A stretch of DNA of 64,000 bases, from the NCBI GenBank assembly GCA_050084985.1, contig JBITNC010000001.1, positions 137,268,001 to 137,332,000 on the forward strand, in the 5' to 3' direction. Positions 24,016-38,200 of the stretch are shown piece by piece. The stretch is from Nageia nagi. Its lineage: Eukaryota > Plantae > Pinophyta. Each line of letters opens with the position of its first letter. Positions within the stretch are counted from its first letter, which is position 1. The translations under genes were made by a program, and so were the position numbers. A model generated the notes under the pieces. It worked only from the letters and a program-made list of their open reading frames with translations. It did no database searches and was not told the origin of the DNA.

Positions 24016-27000
24016 AAATGGTAATCATTCAATTGATCTATTGCTATAATGATATGATATTGTGCTTCTGATTGAAATCTAATTGAAATCGATCTCAACT
24101 AATTCTGAATCCAATCACTAAATTGAACTAATCTGAGTTAAAAATGTTAGCACCAACACTGAGTTACTAATATGCGCCAACACAAACATTGGGATACTTT
24201 CATATTATGACATGGCAATTTTTTTCAATTGATAATCTAATTCATATTGAAATTTTGAACCCAATTTTTGATAGCTAAGACCAAACCTGAAATAAAAATG
24301 CTGAACACAAAATTATTTCATACATGATTAAATTTTGAATTAATGCTCATATTGAACCCAAATACTGAACTAATAACAGATATAGTAACTAGAAATAGAT
24401 ACATTTGTGTAGCATGGAAAATTTAAGAATTTTGATGAGAGATAAAAGACAAGAAAAACTTGATGAAAGGAGAAGAATTGATGAAATGATGAGGATAAAA
24501 AGATGTCAAAAAATAAATGAGCAATAGAAAGTGATTGAAAATATGAAGATGCAAAGATTACAAGATTGAAAAATTTGATGAGATTTGCCATGGTAACAAA
24601 ATTCATACATGGAACTGACTTAAACGACATGCTATCTATAAGTGCATTTCAATATTTTTGGTCAAGATAAATTTGGCACTATTAGCATGCATAGCAACTT
24701 GCAATCTATTGCAAAGCCATAATATCAAGAAGGAAACCATAAAATCATGTGCACTATCTCAAAAATGTAAATGTGTACCTGATTTATGCTAATTTTGAAT
24801 TCTCAAAACAAAAACTTGCATGCTTGATATTGTAGTTTGTGGACAACTTTTTGCTATGATTTGTCGATAATTTTGCATATATCTTTGAAATAACTCCAAA
24901 TTGCATGTCACCATGATAAATAATGATCAAATAATATTCAAAAACCTAATAACATGATTACCTTCATATCTAAGATGCTAATTTTTTCCTTTCATGATTT
25001 TGACCTTCTTAGTTCATGACTAGTTCATTCTTGCAAAACTTGTAATTGTCACAAAACTGCCAACTTGCAAGAAGCATAACTTTTGCTAAAAATATCAAAA
25101 TGACCTGATTCATTTTGCATAAAAAAGAAAAAATAACACACTTTTCATAAAAAATCATACCTAATAACACTATGAGTAAAAATGAATAATTTAGGGGTAA
25201 TAACATACCTATTTCACACTTTTTAGACCTAAAAAACTTCAAATGACCATAAGTTTTGATCCATAAAGAATTTTGGTATGATTATTTTTTTTGAATTTGT
25301 GTAATTTTTTGAGCTCTATCCAAATATTAAATATTTTCTATCCTAATAAATTACACCAGCATCCAAGTTGGGCTTCCTTAAGAAAATCATGCCAAAATTT
25401 GTCCCACAAACTTGCCATTCCAATTTGATTCTAACATGTCTCTTCCCAAATTTTCTAGTCTGAAATTTTTTATTTTTATGACTAATTTCTCCTTAAATTC
25501 TTTTGACAATTTTGAAAAGTTGGACAAACATGAATGACTTGAACAAACTTAGATAATGTGATAAACAATGCATGTGAACATGAAGACTCAACAAAATGAT
25601 GGTTAATTTTTCCTTCAAACAACAAAGGGGAAAAGAACACAAATGAAGGTTAATTATGCCCCCAACCTACAAAGGGGAAAAGAACACAAATGAAGGTTAA
25701 TTATGCCCCAACCTTCAAAGGGGAAAAAACATACAAGATGCAACATGTAATGCAATATTAAAATGCATGCCTATCCTATATAATAATGCATTCCTAATCT
25801 ATATGTCATAAAATAATCTCATATGACATTAAAAAACTTACTATTCATTTATTGAGGTATTGCCTTACCAATCGTAATTGCCATTTTTCCTCCAAATATT
25901 TCATGTATCTTATCAATGATGGATGATAACGTTGGCTTGATTCACATTACCAAATGAAGCAATTCTTGTTTATTTTCAATCAGGTATGTTTGTACTAGCA
26001 ACTCTGTTAATGCATCATCATATTCAACAAACTCCTTAGAAGCATTAATATCAACAAAAATATCATCACTAGTATTTTCAATTTTCTCACTATCTATATC
26101 ATTGGTATCATCAGATTCATTTATAACAAAAAATTTATTATTGCAACAAGTAATTTTTCAATTTTCTAAGAGTTTATATAATTTTCTCTTCATGCTAATA
26201 CATCCATCAATTGAATGACCATTGACTTTATGATATAAGCAAAAATTATCCTCTTTATACCGACTAGGTTTCATTTTAGTTTCATCATATGCTTTTCCCT
26301 TTGAAATTTATCAAACCTTCTTCTAAGCAAGCTTTAAATATTTTTGTAGGATCCATTGGCAAAATTATAAAAAGATTCATGTTTTATATTTTCCTTACAT
26401 AAACATTAATGTAAGAATAAGAAGTGAAATATTATTCAGAATGTGAGAGCGAATGTTGAAATGTGTGTGAATGCTCAAGATGGCATGAATATTGGTATTT
26501 ATAATGCATAACAGTCATCTAAATCATCTTTAGTTGCAAAAATAATATCATTAGCGAAAAACATCACATCATCATGACTAATATCATTCAATGTTTTATC
26601 ATCAATCATAGAATCTTAACTATCATCATCGTTAGTTTGAGTATCAACATCACCAATGGAATCATTAGCAATAGTCATGATCATCAATTTCAAAAGTAAT
26701 AGCATTTTGTTTTAAACAAATAACATGATCATTATCCAAAGAAATATTTTCTTCAACAACATCATGAGCAATATGTTCTTTAATAATATCATCATTCTCA
26801 ATTTTTGTAGGTATGTTACTTACCTCATGAAGCTCCTCATCTTTGACATGTGTAGTAGGTGTATGATTATGATCAAAGATAGCATATAATATGGTACATA
26901 AGATAATACATAAATTTCATTCTTGCCACACACATTAGTATGATAGCACATAGAGCAAAAAATGATATGATAAGGCATGACATACATGTGGGATATATTA

Positions 27001-30000
27001 TGCAAGATAATATGATTAATGTAACAAATAAAATTTTACATAATTCATCAAAGGAGCATTGGTAGGCCATTGTGTGCTAGATATGACTTTCAAAAATCAC
27101 CAATATGTCCTAATAATAATTGTGTATGGATGGGATAAAATGTTTCAATACAAAAACTCACCAAATTGACCAAAATAACCTTCAAAATCAAGGGTTTTGT
27201 GCAAAAACAAAATTCCACAAAAATTTATTCAACTCAAAATTTGATTAAAATAGAGGCAAATAAATCCAATTTTACCTTCTAAAAGTTGCCTACCATGAAG
27301 GGTTTAGGCAAAATTCTAGGGCACAAAGAGCCACCAATTTTTCAAAAATTAGGCTCAAAATCTAGGATTTTGAATAAAAATAAAATTCTACAAAATAAAA
27401 ATACCCTCAAATGTTTAATAATTTAAAAGCAATAGGGCTTTCTAATTTTGCAAAAAATTAAGATAAATAAAGAGCCAACAAAACCTAGGGCTTCCTATAA
27501 AAAATTCCACAAAAAAAATGATGCCCTAAAATTAAAAATTTGAAGTAGGTTCTATTGATCAGTATAATGTAACCTCAAGGTTTGGTTTGGTGTAGTTCTC
27601 CATTGCCTGTAATAGTAGGGTTCTTGAAAGAGAAGAAAGTGGTGGGACAGTGCACTCATGGGGGTTTTCTACTAAATCTTTGGGTTATAGGTCGGTTCCT
27701 TTCTATGAAGAAGGTCAAAAGTAACTAAAAAGAGATAAAAAGAGGTAAAAAGTAACAGAAAATGAATAAAAATATAAACTACATAAAGCAAACAAAAACC
27801 AATCAACCTGGGCATCACTGCACAGGCAGTAATCCATTACCAAGACTAAGAATACAAAAACTAACTTACTCTTAGGGTCTCGCAATTGCAATACACAACC
27901 ACAATTTAGAACAATGCTTCATACATAACGATTACAAAACAAGATAATAACCACAAATTGTAAAGGGAAAAATACCATCATATTACATTATCATATATGA
28001 AAAACACTTCTCACATTGGGAAACTTTGCTAAAATGTTTGACCTTTTACACCTCTAATAGTCTACTATTTATAGTGTTCTATTTACAAAATGGGTGGTTG
28101 TCCACCATTAATGACTACAACTACTTATTTCACTAAGAATTAAATGAAACTAAATATTTACAATATGTACAGACAAATCTATAATTATGACTAATTATGG
28201 ATTATAGTCCCAATGTAACACCAATTCTGAAGATTCACAAATCTTCAATCATATACTACTTCAGTTGTAATCAATCAATTGTTGCTATAATTATGAGGAA
28301 TGGTTTGCCACTATCTCCATAGTCAACGGCCACCTAACTCTTTGTAACCATTGATTTCTCTATTCTAAAGCTTTGGGATGTGACCACTATAAGGTTGAAG
28401 GAAGATGTACCATTCAAACTTGAGAGAAAACTATTGCTACCATGTGGAGATGAGTTGTAGTTGACATGTTGGTAAAGCCTCGAGGGTGGTCATAAACTCT
28501 TGATTGAGTGGACCCAAGTGTTCCTCTCTTCTTACAATGCTCACTTTACCTTAGCAGGTCTTGTTCTACATCGACGGTTATTGTTGGATCCGGATATGTT
28601 TATTGCTTATTGATTTCTCCAAAAAGGTGTGACATCATTGCTCAAAATTAGTAGGGTTTGTTGAATATGGAGTTGTGAATAACTTCCACCATGAAGAACT
28701 ATTGGGACCACCTACCGAGTAAGTTATCTGGAGCCTACTAATTTCCATTAGAAAGTATGATGTCACCTTTAGATTTTCATGGGCCTTATTAAACTTGACT
28801 CTAACTATAATGCCTATTATATGACTTAACCAAAAACTAATGACTATATACAACAAGGCTCGAAAAAGACTTAGCCAATGTTATAAGATTGATACTCTTC
28901 AACTTATGGCTTATATACAGATCTCGGACATGACTCATCAAACTATGTACAAACAACACCCGTATTATAACAAAATGGCGATTTTGACTAACTTTATTTG
29001 ACTAAGATTTGGTAACTTAAATACAACCTAGAAACACCTTACACAAGACTAAGTATAGGAATTTTAAGAAAAAGACTAAGTATATATATAATTTTGGCCT
29101 AAAACCAAACTTTGTACAATATTTACACTTGAGAGGGAAAAGGGAATAAGAAGCGGAAATTATAGAAGGGTATTTTATTGAGAATAGGGAAAAGATGAAT
29201 AATGGAATGAAAGAATAATGAATTGAAAGAATGTTACCCCTTTAGAGTGTGATTCTGCAAGAATAACAAGTTCATGCAACACTTTCAACCCTAATTAGAA
29301 TATAGATATGCTATAAAAGGTGCGCACCAATATGTTGAATATTTTTAGTGACTCCTAGGATAACCTAAGTAGAAACTATGCTAAACATTCACATATGATG
29401 ATATGCAATGATATGCAAAATAACTTAATAACAAGAAATACAATAATTTGAAATACTTGAATAATGAGATAGTGTATAAATGAAGTATTCAAATTATTAG
29501 ATCAAACCTAATGCTAAATAAACCTAAGGGAATAAGATATTTGAGAATGATAAATACCTTTCACCTTACCTAAATGTTGAAGAGATATGTAGACATGAAC
29601 TTATTGTAGATATATGGTCTTGATATGCAAACTCCACACTAACAGTAGATCGAAACACTAGAACGGGTGTGCACGGGAGCATAGACACTGAGCTTAAAAA
29701 TGGTAGCATGTATGCCAAAGGGAGCGTGATCACTAAGATTTCAATCAACAGGGTCTGCAATAGAGACCTAAATAATAGTATGATAATGACAAGCCTAATC
29801 AAACATATAATAGCGAAATGAAAGAATGGTAATTCTCATGTGATAATCAAATCTCTATCCCAATAGGCAGTATTAAGAAACTCCTTAGAAGGAAATAATC
29901 ATGGGCATATCAGGAAGAGATCTGATGATGAACCCATGTGAGGTATTCCCCTCTCATAGGTAAGTGTACTCCTCCATAGAACATATTAAGGCTAGGGTCA

Positions 30001-30165
30001 ATGTTGGGGTACCTATAAGAATAGAAAGACACCACATGAGTAATGTTCCATAATGGGCCAATATAACATATAATCATATGAATGACTTAATAACATGATA
30101 TAATGTGATTATAATATAACACTTAAGCGGGGCCACCTTAAGGTGACCAAATTTAGGTGTTAACA
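24016..30165 (-). mobile_element. Nested degenerate LTR-retrotransposon sequence (Gypsy gag remnant and LTR pieces); internal boundaries uncertain
   Basis: Minus strand 26273-26188 encodes KPSRYKEDNFCLYHKVNGHSIDGC (C-x2-H-x4-H-x4-C gag motif); LTR-like terminus TGTTAACACCTAAATT at 30165 (minus), also seen at 49605 (plus); ~48-bp short repeats at 25600-25730. Confidence 0.55.
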
Positions 30166-31085
30166 ATTCCAAGAATTATTTGACAAGATGCATGATGCAA
30201 ACACAATTTCATGGTTTGCAATGATTGTATGATACACAAAATGGATTTTTTGAAAAAGACCCTAAGACATGTATACAAAATGTGGAAGAATAGATGATGC
30301 TTGGGAATTGTTTTACAAGATGCATGATACAAACATAGTTTCATGGTCTATGATTATAGGATACACACAAAATGGGTTTTCTAAAAAATGCCCTAATACA
30401 TGTATGCAAAATGATAAAGAATACACAAGGCTCAAAAATTATTTGACAAGATGCATGACATAAACACTGCAATGATTGCAAGTTACACATAAAATGGGTT
30501 TTTTAAAATAGGCCCTAAGAAATGTATGCAAAAAGGGGAAGAAAACATAAGCTCAGAAATTGTTTGACAAGATGCATGATGCAAACATAGTTTCATGGTT
30601 TGCAATAACTATAGGATACACACAAATTGGGCTTTTTGAAAAATACCCTAAGACATGTATGCAAAATGTGGAAGAATACACAAGGCCCGAGAATTATTTA
30701 ACAATATGCATGATGCAAACATAGTTTTATGGTCTGTAATGATTGTAGGATACACATAAAATGGATTTTCTAAAAAGTGCCCTGAGAGATGTATGCAAAA
30801 TGTGGAAGAATACACACTGCCTAAGAATTGTTTGACAAGATGCATGATGTAAACACAATTTCATGGTCTACAATGGTTGCAAGATACACATAAAATGGGT
30901 TTTCTAAAAAATTTCCTAAGAGATGTATGCAAAATGTGGAAGAATACGCAAGCAATGAAATTATTTAACAAGATCCATGATGTAAACATAGTAATATGGT
31001 TTGCAATCACTACAAGTTATGCACAAAATGGGTTTTCTGAAAAATACCCTAAAACATGTATGCAAAAGGTGGAAGAATACAAGAC
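30166..31085 (+). repeat. ~133-bp tandem array (~7 copies) derived from a PLS-class PPR coding fragment
   Basis: CCTAAGACATGTATGCAAAATGTGG-like starts at 30261, 30392, 30514, 30647, 30781, 30915 and 31048; consensus translation ~DMYAKCGRIHKARELFDKMHDANIVSWSAMI.GYTQNGF.EK.L, with frameshifts and stops. Confidence 0.88.
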
Positions 31086-31642
31086 ATCAACATGTGATGA
31101 AAAATGCAAAGGAATACCTACATGCACCAACACCTTTGCTCACGTCACCTCTCCTCTCCTCTTCTCTACATCTCGCTCGAAATTGTAAATGAAATACCTC
31201 ACCTCTACTTTCCTCTCCTCCTCTATCCCTCACCACACCAAACTCGAAAAAAGTTGAAATACTCGAATTTTCAAGTGCTCACCTTTACTCATGTGTGAAC
31301 TTTTTGTAATTTTATTGGTTGAGATGGAAGTGCGATTTAAAACTACCTCCTAATGTTTTGTGGGCGGGTTAAAATTGCCTCCTAATGTTTTATGGGCAGG
31401 TTAAAACTACCCCCTAAAAATCATCTACATAATCCATTTATTTCTTTCCATCCACACCTTTCCATTTATTTTTTATCTTTTTTGAGGGGCAATTTTAAAC
31501 CGTATATTATAGATTTTATGAGGACGGTTTAAAACCAACCCATAAAAAGTGCCACTAAACGTCATAAATGTAGGTGGTTTAAAATTGTCACTTCATAACC
31601 ACCTCAAATTGCTTGCCTCTAAAGCCTATTTTTGGTCTAGTG
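30166..31642. mobile_element. CACTA (En/Spm) element right arm, apparently carrying the PPR array; left end cut by an LTR
   Basis: Ends ...AAAGCCTATTTTTGGTCTAGTG (reverse complement CACTAGACCAAAAATAGGCTTT); subterminal repeats such as TTAAAACTACCTCCTAA and GGCGGGTTAAAATTGCCTCCTAA at 31335-31610. Confidence 0.65.
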
Positions 31643-32179
31643 TTTGAAGGAGACTAGAGATTGTAGGTAGTCCTTGACAAGGTAATTGAATCTACCTCAA
31701 ATCTCATAATATATGAGATATTGAAATATAAAGTGGTGGAGGGATTCCACTTCCCCTAAGGGATAGAATAGGAGTATCCACTCTTCTCATGGTAACTAAT
31801 GATCAAATTCGACCTAAAGTTGGTTGGAACATACCATGATATGTCCAATCAAAATCTATATGTCATACATCATAATGCTTAAAGGTAGTGCAAGTGGACT
31901 ACGTAACCCTCTTGAATCTCCAAAAAGTGATCATTGTAGAAAGAGAGCTTAGGACAGAGAGGGATGGTAGGAGAGATCCATGTGCAACTATTGTATTGAA
32001 GATTAATGTCCTTTTAGATTTCATTAAATATCTCCTTCTTCTTAAACCAAAGCGAGGGGTAGGAAAGGGTTCACATAGAGAAAGAAGGGATTCTATCAAG
32101 TCGAATTTGAATGTTAGTCAATAATGTTGATACCTATAAATACCAACTTCTTTAACCATAGAGAGTATAGCTTGATAAC

Positions 32180-32350
32180 CAAAGTACCATTGCAAGACCA
32201 GGCAATCTAAATACATTGATATGAACATGTGTTGGATATGGAAGGAATTGCAAAAATGATGAGATTGATGTGTAGTATATTCCTATGAAAGGTCAATTGA
32301 TGAGCATTTTCAACAAACCATTGTTGGAGGATACTTGCATTTGCTTAAAT
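32180..32350 (+). pseudogene. Copia RNase H remnant
   Basis: SKYIDM..EIDV*YIPMKGQLMSIF/TKPL resembles KHID...YCPT..QLADIFTKPL. Confidence 0.55.
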
Positions 32351-35247
32351 GATTTAAGCCTGTTGACACTTATTTTGGATTTTATTTTATGAAATGTACC
32401 TCACAAAAGAATGGTCAAAAGTCTTATGTATAGGTTGAAATTCCTTGAGTAATAACACTTGATATGCAATGCACCTAATCTAACTATTTTCTTGTTAATT
32501 AAATCACTCCACTATTTTGGAATATCTGATTTAATGATTATCCAGACCACTTGGTAAAATTTAATTGCAAAATTAGCCAAAGGCTTTATATCTCAAGATT
32601 GAAAACCTTTTGTAATTCTTTTTTTGTGACACTTTTATTTAACAGGTCATAATCTTCTATTGTCGTATCAACTGATGCATTTTTGAAGATTTCATAATGT
32701 CATCTATCTTTAGCAAGATTTAGAAATAACTTTAGGAAATGAAGGGAAACTACCTTAATTAGAGACCCTATGTGATTTTGTGATAAGACACCATTCAAAC
32801 TTCTCTTTTACCATTGATGTAGAAAATAACTTAGCATCCTTTGTAACCACCCTCTTAACCCAAATTGCTATTCGTTTTTTGTCTCCAAAAGAGTTCTTCC
32901 ATAGCATGGATATAGTCTAAGTTAGGAATTATACTTTGGTCTTAAAACCTCTACCTTGCTCAAAACCTCTTCTCTGTATGTTGAACTAAACATAAATCGT
33001 TTAAATATTATTTAAATGTTGACTTAGAAAAATAAAGTCAACATTCAACAATCTTTAACCCTATTGAATTTTAAGACCTTTTAAGAATTTTTTAAATATC
33101 ACTAATATTGAAGGTGGGAATGAAATATTGGACCTTCCACATGGATATCTTCACATCTCACTATACATAACATACCCTTAAATCTATATCCCTTCTTGAG
33201 CATATTTTAATGTGTGGAACCGACCTTTTTAACTGCAGTCATATGTATATCTGCAATTGATGCTTTGAGTTCGTGACTATTTTGGATCATTACGGTGTAA
33301 TGAAAAGTAATTAGTCTTATATTTCTGCAATATGATGGTTGAACATGTAGATCTGCCATTTGAGATTGAAGTTTAAAGACTTGACCTCCCTTCCTTCTTA
33401 TTTGAACCAGATCATGATGAAGTCTTCTAGAACTACTCATTATTGTTATCGCTGGGGGATCCAATTTATCAAGACTCTGCACTTCGGCCGTTTTCGTCTT
33501 CTGTTGAGGAGGAATTTACAATTATGATATCCTTACCCAGTTGATGAAGCAAAAACTCATCAACAGTGCCCCATTTCTGCTGGGAAAAGTTTGCATGCTA
33601 CACTATTTCTCATACTTTAGCATAACCTGTAGCCTCGTTTATACCTATTGGACTTCAATGAAGTTGACCTAATGCAAGATTTGTCCAATGTATCCATCTA
33701 CTTCTTCAGAATACATCTTTCTAAGCCAAATACTGGAATGTAAAAGGAATCAAATTGCACCCAATACTGTAATATTTCATGGCAGAGTTCTTACAATGGC
33801 TGGCCTTGGTTCATCTTGGCAACAAATATCCATCCACATCTTGAATTGTTTCTTTTAGAATAGATCCAATCATGTTCACTATAGGCTGCAAAAGTAGTTG
33901 TCTCCTATTTGTTTGTTGATTATTCCACTTATCTGGTTTGTTTTGATTTGCTTAATTTTCATTGACTAACATTTTCCTTCATCTTATTCTGACTCTTCTT
34001 CTGCTGCTTCTTCTGTATCATCTATTTCTATCAGGTTGGTCTCGTACATCTGAGCAACAGTATGATGTTTCTTGATTTCTTTGGATGACTATTAACTGGG
34101 CCATAAACATTCGCAGCTTCTTTTTTCTTTTGAATGCTTTCATGGACATCTGAACGTCACATTTCTTTTCTTTTCTTGTAGCTAATTAAGGAGTCTGGGT
34201 GGTATGCCATCCTTCTTGTCACTTGATATACTCTTTTTAAATATTTTGTAACAGGTTTTCTCTGGCTTGTAATAACTCTGTTGTTTACATGTGAATATTA
34301 CAGTAAAGATGATAGGCTTGTATCAGGAACTGAGTCTATTGAGTAGATTGTTCAAGTAAAAGGATGGTTGAATTTAGGCCAAGCAAGAAGACTTTGAGAA
34401 AGGATGCTCCAGTGGATGAAGGAAATTGAGAAGAAAACTTCAGCCAAGAAAAGCCTGAAGACACAGAAGTAAACGTAAAGATATAGCTTGTAATCAACCT
34501 GCATCTCAAATAATAATGATGTATTGTATCTGGTTTAGTATGCCATATGAGTAACATTTACGAACACTGTTTTAATGGAATAATTTAGAAAACCAACTTT
34601 CCAACAAGTTCATCATTTCTGTTGTTTAAGAAGTTCATCATAAGAATGAATCCTTGATAAAAAGTGTCGAAAAGAACAATTACATGCAAGAATTGAACAT
34701 AGACAAATCTTTTCTATAAATTTGTCATTTGAAGAAATTTTATTTGTATTAAACGCCTGACGTATAGATAGAACATTTTCTATAAGATTTCAACTAAACA
34801 GTCACTCTGCATTTTCATAAAGCTGTCACTTTTGGAAATCTTTATCCATCTGTAAGGTGGGACCGGGTAGATAGATGAATAGTTCTGAAATTGATCAAGC
34901 AGTAACGAAGCACATTCCAATCGACAACAGCACTGAATTTATAACTATACTTGTAAGGAATACATTTAGATATAATTATTATATCAGAGGATTTCCTCCA
35001 AAAATGAATAATAAGTCTGTCCTCATTTTGGCTTATCCTGTTTCAAGAATCAAGACTATTTACATCAAAAGCATGAAGGTGAAAACAGCCATGACCCAAA
35101 AGTTGCAGGGCAACCTCGAGGATTGTTTACTAACTCTATTTTCATAAGTTTTGTGACGTGTTAAATTTTGAGTGCTTTAATATGTTTTATGAGGTAAAGT
35201 TGATGGATTATGTACTGCTAGATCAGCTATAACATTTCAGAAATTGT

Positions 35248-38200
35248 CTACTGCTGTAACCTAACTAACTGAGCATATTCACTATCAGGTTTATTTATGA
35301 GCTGTTCATGAGTACCCTGCTCCTTTACCTTCCCACCCTGGAGCACTGCAATCATGTCAGCATTTTGAACTGTTGAAAGCCTATGTGCTACTACAATAGT
35401 AGTACGACCCTGCATTAGTTGATCCAAAGCAGATTGGACTACCTTCTCTGAGGCTGCATCCAGTGCACTGGTTGCCTCATCTAATAGAAGAATGGCTGGA
35501 TTCTTTAGAATTGCCCTTGCAATGGCCACCCTTTGCTTCTGCCCTCCAGAGAGCTGCAGTCCTCTCTCACCAACATTGGTCTGATAACCTTCAGGTAGGC
35601 CACTAATGAAGCTGTGTGCATTTGCTCCTTTTGCAGCTTCTACTATTTCAGCTTCAGAAGCCCCTTCTTTCCCATACTGAATATTCTCGTAGATGGTTGT
35701 TGCAAAAAGAGCAGGTTCCTGTTGCACTAGAGCAATATGCTGTCTCAAAGACCTGAGCTGCAATTTCTTGATATCTTTCCCATCTATGAAAACTGTCCCT
35801 GATATTGGATCATAAAACCTCATTACAAGAGATATCACTGAACTCTTACCTGAACCACTAGGACCCACTACAGCAAGACTTGTTCCTGCTTGAATTTGCA
35901 ACCTCAAGTCTTCAAACAAAACGATATCTGATCGAGAGGGATAGCTAAACTTCACATGCTTCATTTCTATGTCTCCCTTGACTTCTTTGACCTCTTCTGC
36001 TGTGCAATCTTCTGGTTCTATCGCTGTTCTACGGTCAAGGATCTTGAAAATAGGTTGCAAGACTTGAGATCCCTTGACAATATCAGGAGCAAGAGCAAGT
36101 GTCTCAGCCACTCCAAATGCTGTAATGATTAAGATCATGAATGCTTTCATCACATGTTCAAAATCAGATTTGCCTTTCTTAACTAGAAAGGATGCATACC
36201 AAAATGCAAGGCCATAAGATCCAAACATGCAAAGCTGGGAGGTGCCATAACCTATGCCAGATATTTGGCCTCGCAAAAAGCTTTTTTGCTTTGGTTCAAC
36301 CAGTTCTTGAGCAAAGAGATTAATAACTCTCTCATGAGCAGAAAAAGCCACAACAGTTCGTATATTACTCACTGCTTCACCAGCTATCATGCTTGCTTTA
36401 GCATATGCACTGTTGACGTCTCCACCAAAGCCCTTCAAAAAAAGTTGCTGCAAATTAAAACATGAGAGATGATTAAACTCATGTAGTTCAATTAACCCAT
36501 CCACTCTATCCTTGGAGATGTCCAAATTATAAAAGTAGATTACCTCGCATACTGAAGCACTAATAAGAAGTGGAAACATTGCAAGAATAACTAATGTTAT
36601 TCTCCAATCTAGCATGAATGCAATGATAAATGCAGTCACTGTAAGTGCTATGTTCTGCACAACTGTTGACATGCGATCTGCAATAGCACCCCTAACTAAT
36701 GTTGCATCCGATGCCAAACGAGAAGCCAAAAGTGCACTGTTGTTTTCCGTAGAATCAAACCAGCCTATCTCATTTCTTAAAATCGCTGCAACTCAGGCAA
36801 GTTACAACATAATCAAATCAACCTATAAAAGTGTTGTCTCTATCTTCACGAATTCTAACATATCTTTGCTCTACTCAATCTACAAAATAGTACAGTAAGA
36901 TGGCAAAAACACGTAATATTTTCATACCTGAGAACATCATTTCTCGGATGCGTGTAGTGAGTTTTTCCCCCATCAAGGTGTAGAAATAGTGCTGCAATAA
37001 ATATATAAGCACTGTAGCAACTGCTGCTCCACTGAATATTATAGAAATTTTCCTAACTTCATGCTTGATATGCAGCTTGTCAGGAGAGTAGAAGGTTATC
37101 AATACTTGAGAAATGGCAAGAGAAAAAAGTGGAGTCTCAACACCTGCCATTATTGCACCAAAAGTCCCAAGAACGGCAAATGGCCACTCGGGCATATTGA
37201 GTTTAAGCAATCGCCATATTGGAGTCCTCACAGATGATGGTGGTTCTGTACCTTTTGAGCCTTTAGTATCCAAATCTTCTTGTCCAATAGATTCAGATCT
37301 TATGCTATCCACAACAAAGCTGGCAGTTTCTGAGGAAAATAAGGATTCAAGCGATTGCCTAAAAAACCCAGTAGAAAAGGTTTTCTTTAAGAAGATGTTT
37401 ATCGAAAACAAAGATAACTAAGAAATTATGGAAGGCAAAACAACACAGATTTCCCTACCTTGACTGCCTGCCACTCACAAATCTTTCATTTGTGGGTTGC
37501 CTTGCTGCAGCCTCTTGAAGCCGCACAAGAGCTACATACACCCCATCTTCCCCCTTTGAAATCAGTTCCTCATGTGAACCGCTTTCTACAACTTTGCCAT
37601 TATACAGCACTGCAATGATGTCAGCATTTCGAATTGTTGATAGTCTATGAGCCACCACCACTGTGGTTCGGCCTATCATAACGTTGTCAAGAGCTAACTG
37701 AACAATCCGCTCTGATTCTGCATCCAATGCACTGGTTGCTTCATCCAAGAGTAAAATCTTTGGACTCTTCAGAATTGCTCTTGCAAGAGCTACTCGTTGC
37801 TTCTGCCCACCAGAAAGTTGTGCTCCTCTCTCACCTACCTGCTTGGAAGTGCAAATGATTCACTTTAAATAAAATCTTGACTTATCTGAAGCAATAGCTG
37901 ATATTTGTAAAAACAAACATTATGTCTTGATTGAAATTGAACCTGGGTGTTGTACCCATTGGGTAGGTTTTCAATAAATGAATGAGCATGAGCAGCCTTT
38001 GCAGCTTCTTTAATCTCCTCCATGCTTGCATTTTCCTTACCATACAAGATATTCTCAACTATACTAGTTGCGAATAATGCAGGTTCTTGACTGACCAATC
38101 CCATCTGATCCCTTAGCCATTTCAGTTGCAAGCTCCTCAAATCGTGCCCATCCAATAGAACTTCTCCTACATTGATAAAATATATAAATGAATTTGAGAA

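Noticed and set aside
30269-31192. Functional PPR gene
   Set aside because: Frameshifts and stops in most units, abnormal period, no E/DYW domain.
33015-33045. 11-bp perfect hairpin AATGTTGACTT/AAGTCAACATT
   Set aside because: Isolated and AT-rich, with no associated terminus; too short for a miRNA precursor.
33200-34560. Possible gene or pseudogene downstream of ABCB (Glu/Lys-rich patches on the minus strand)
   Set aside because: No sustained ORF, recognisable motif or splice pattern that I can support.
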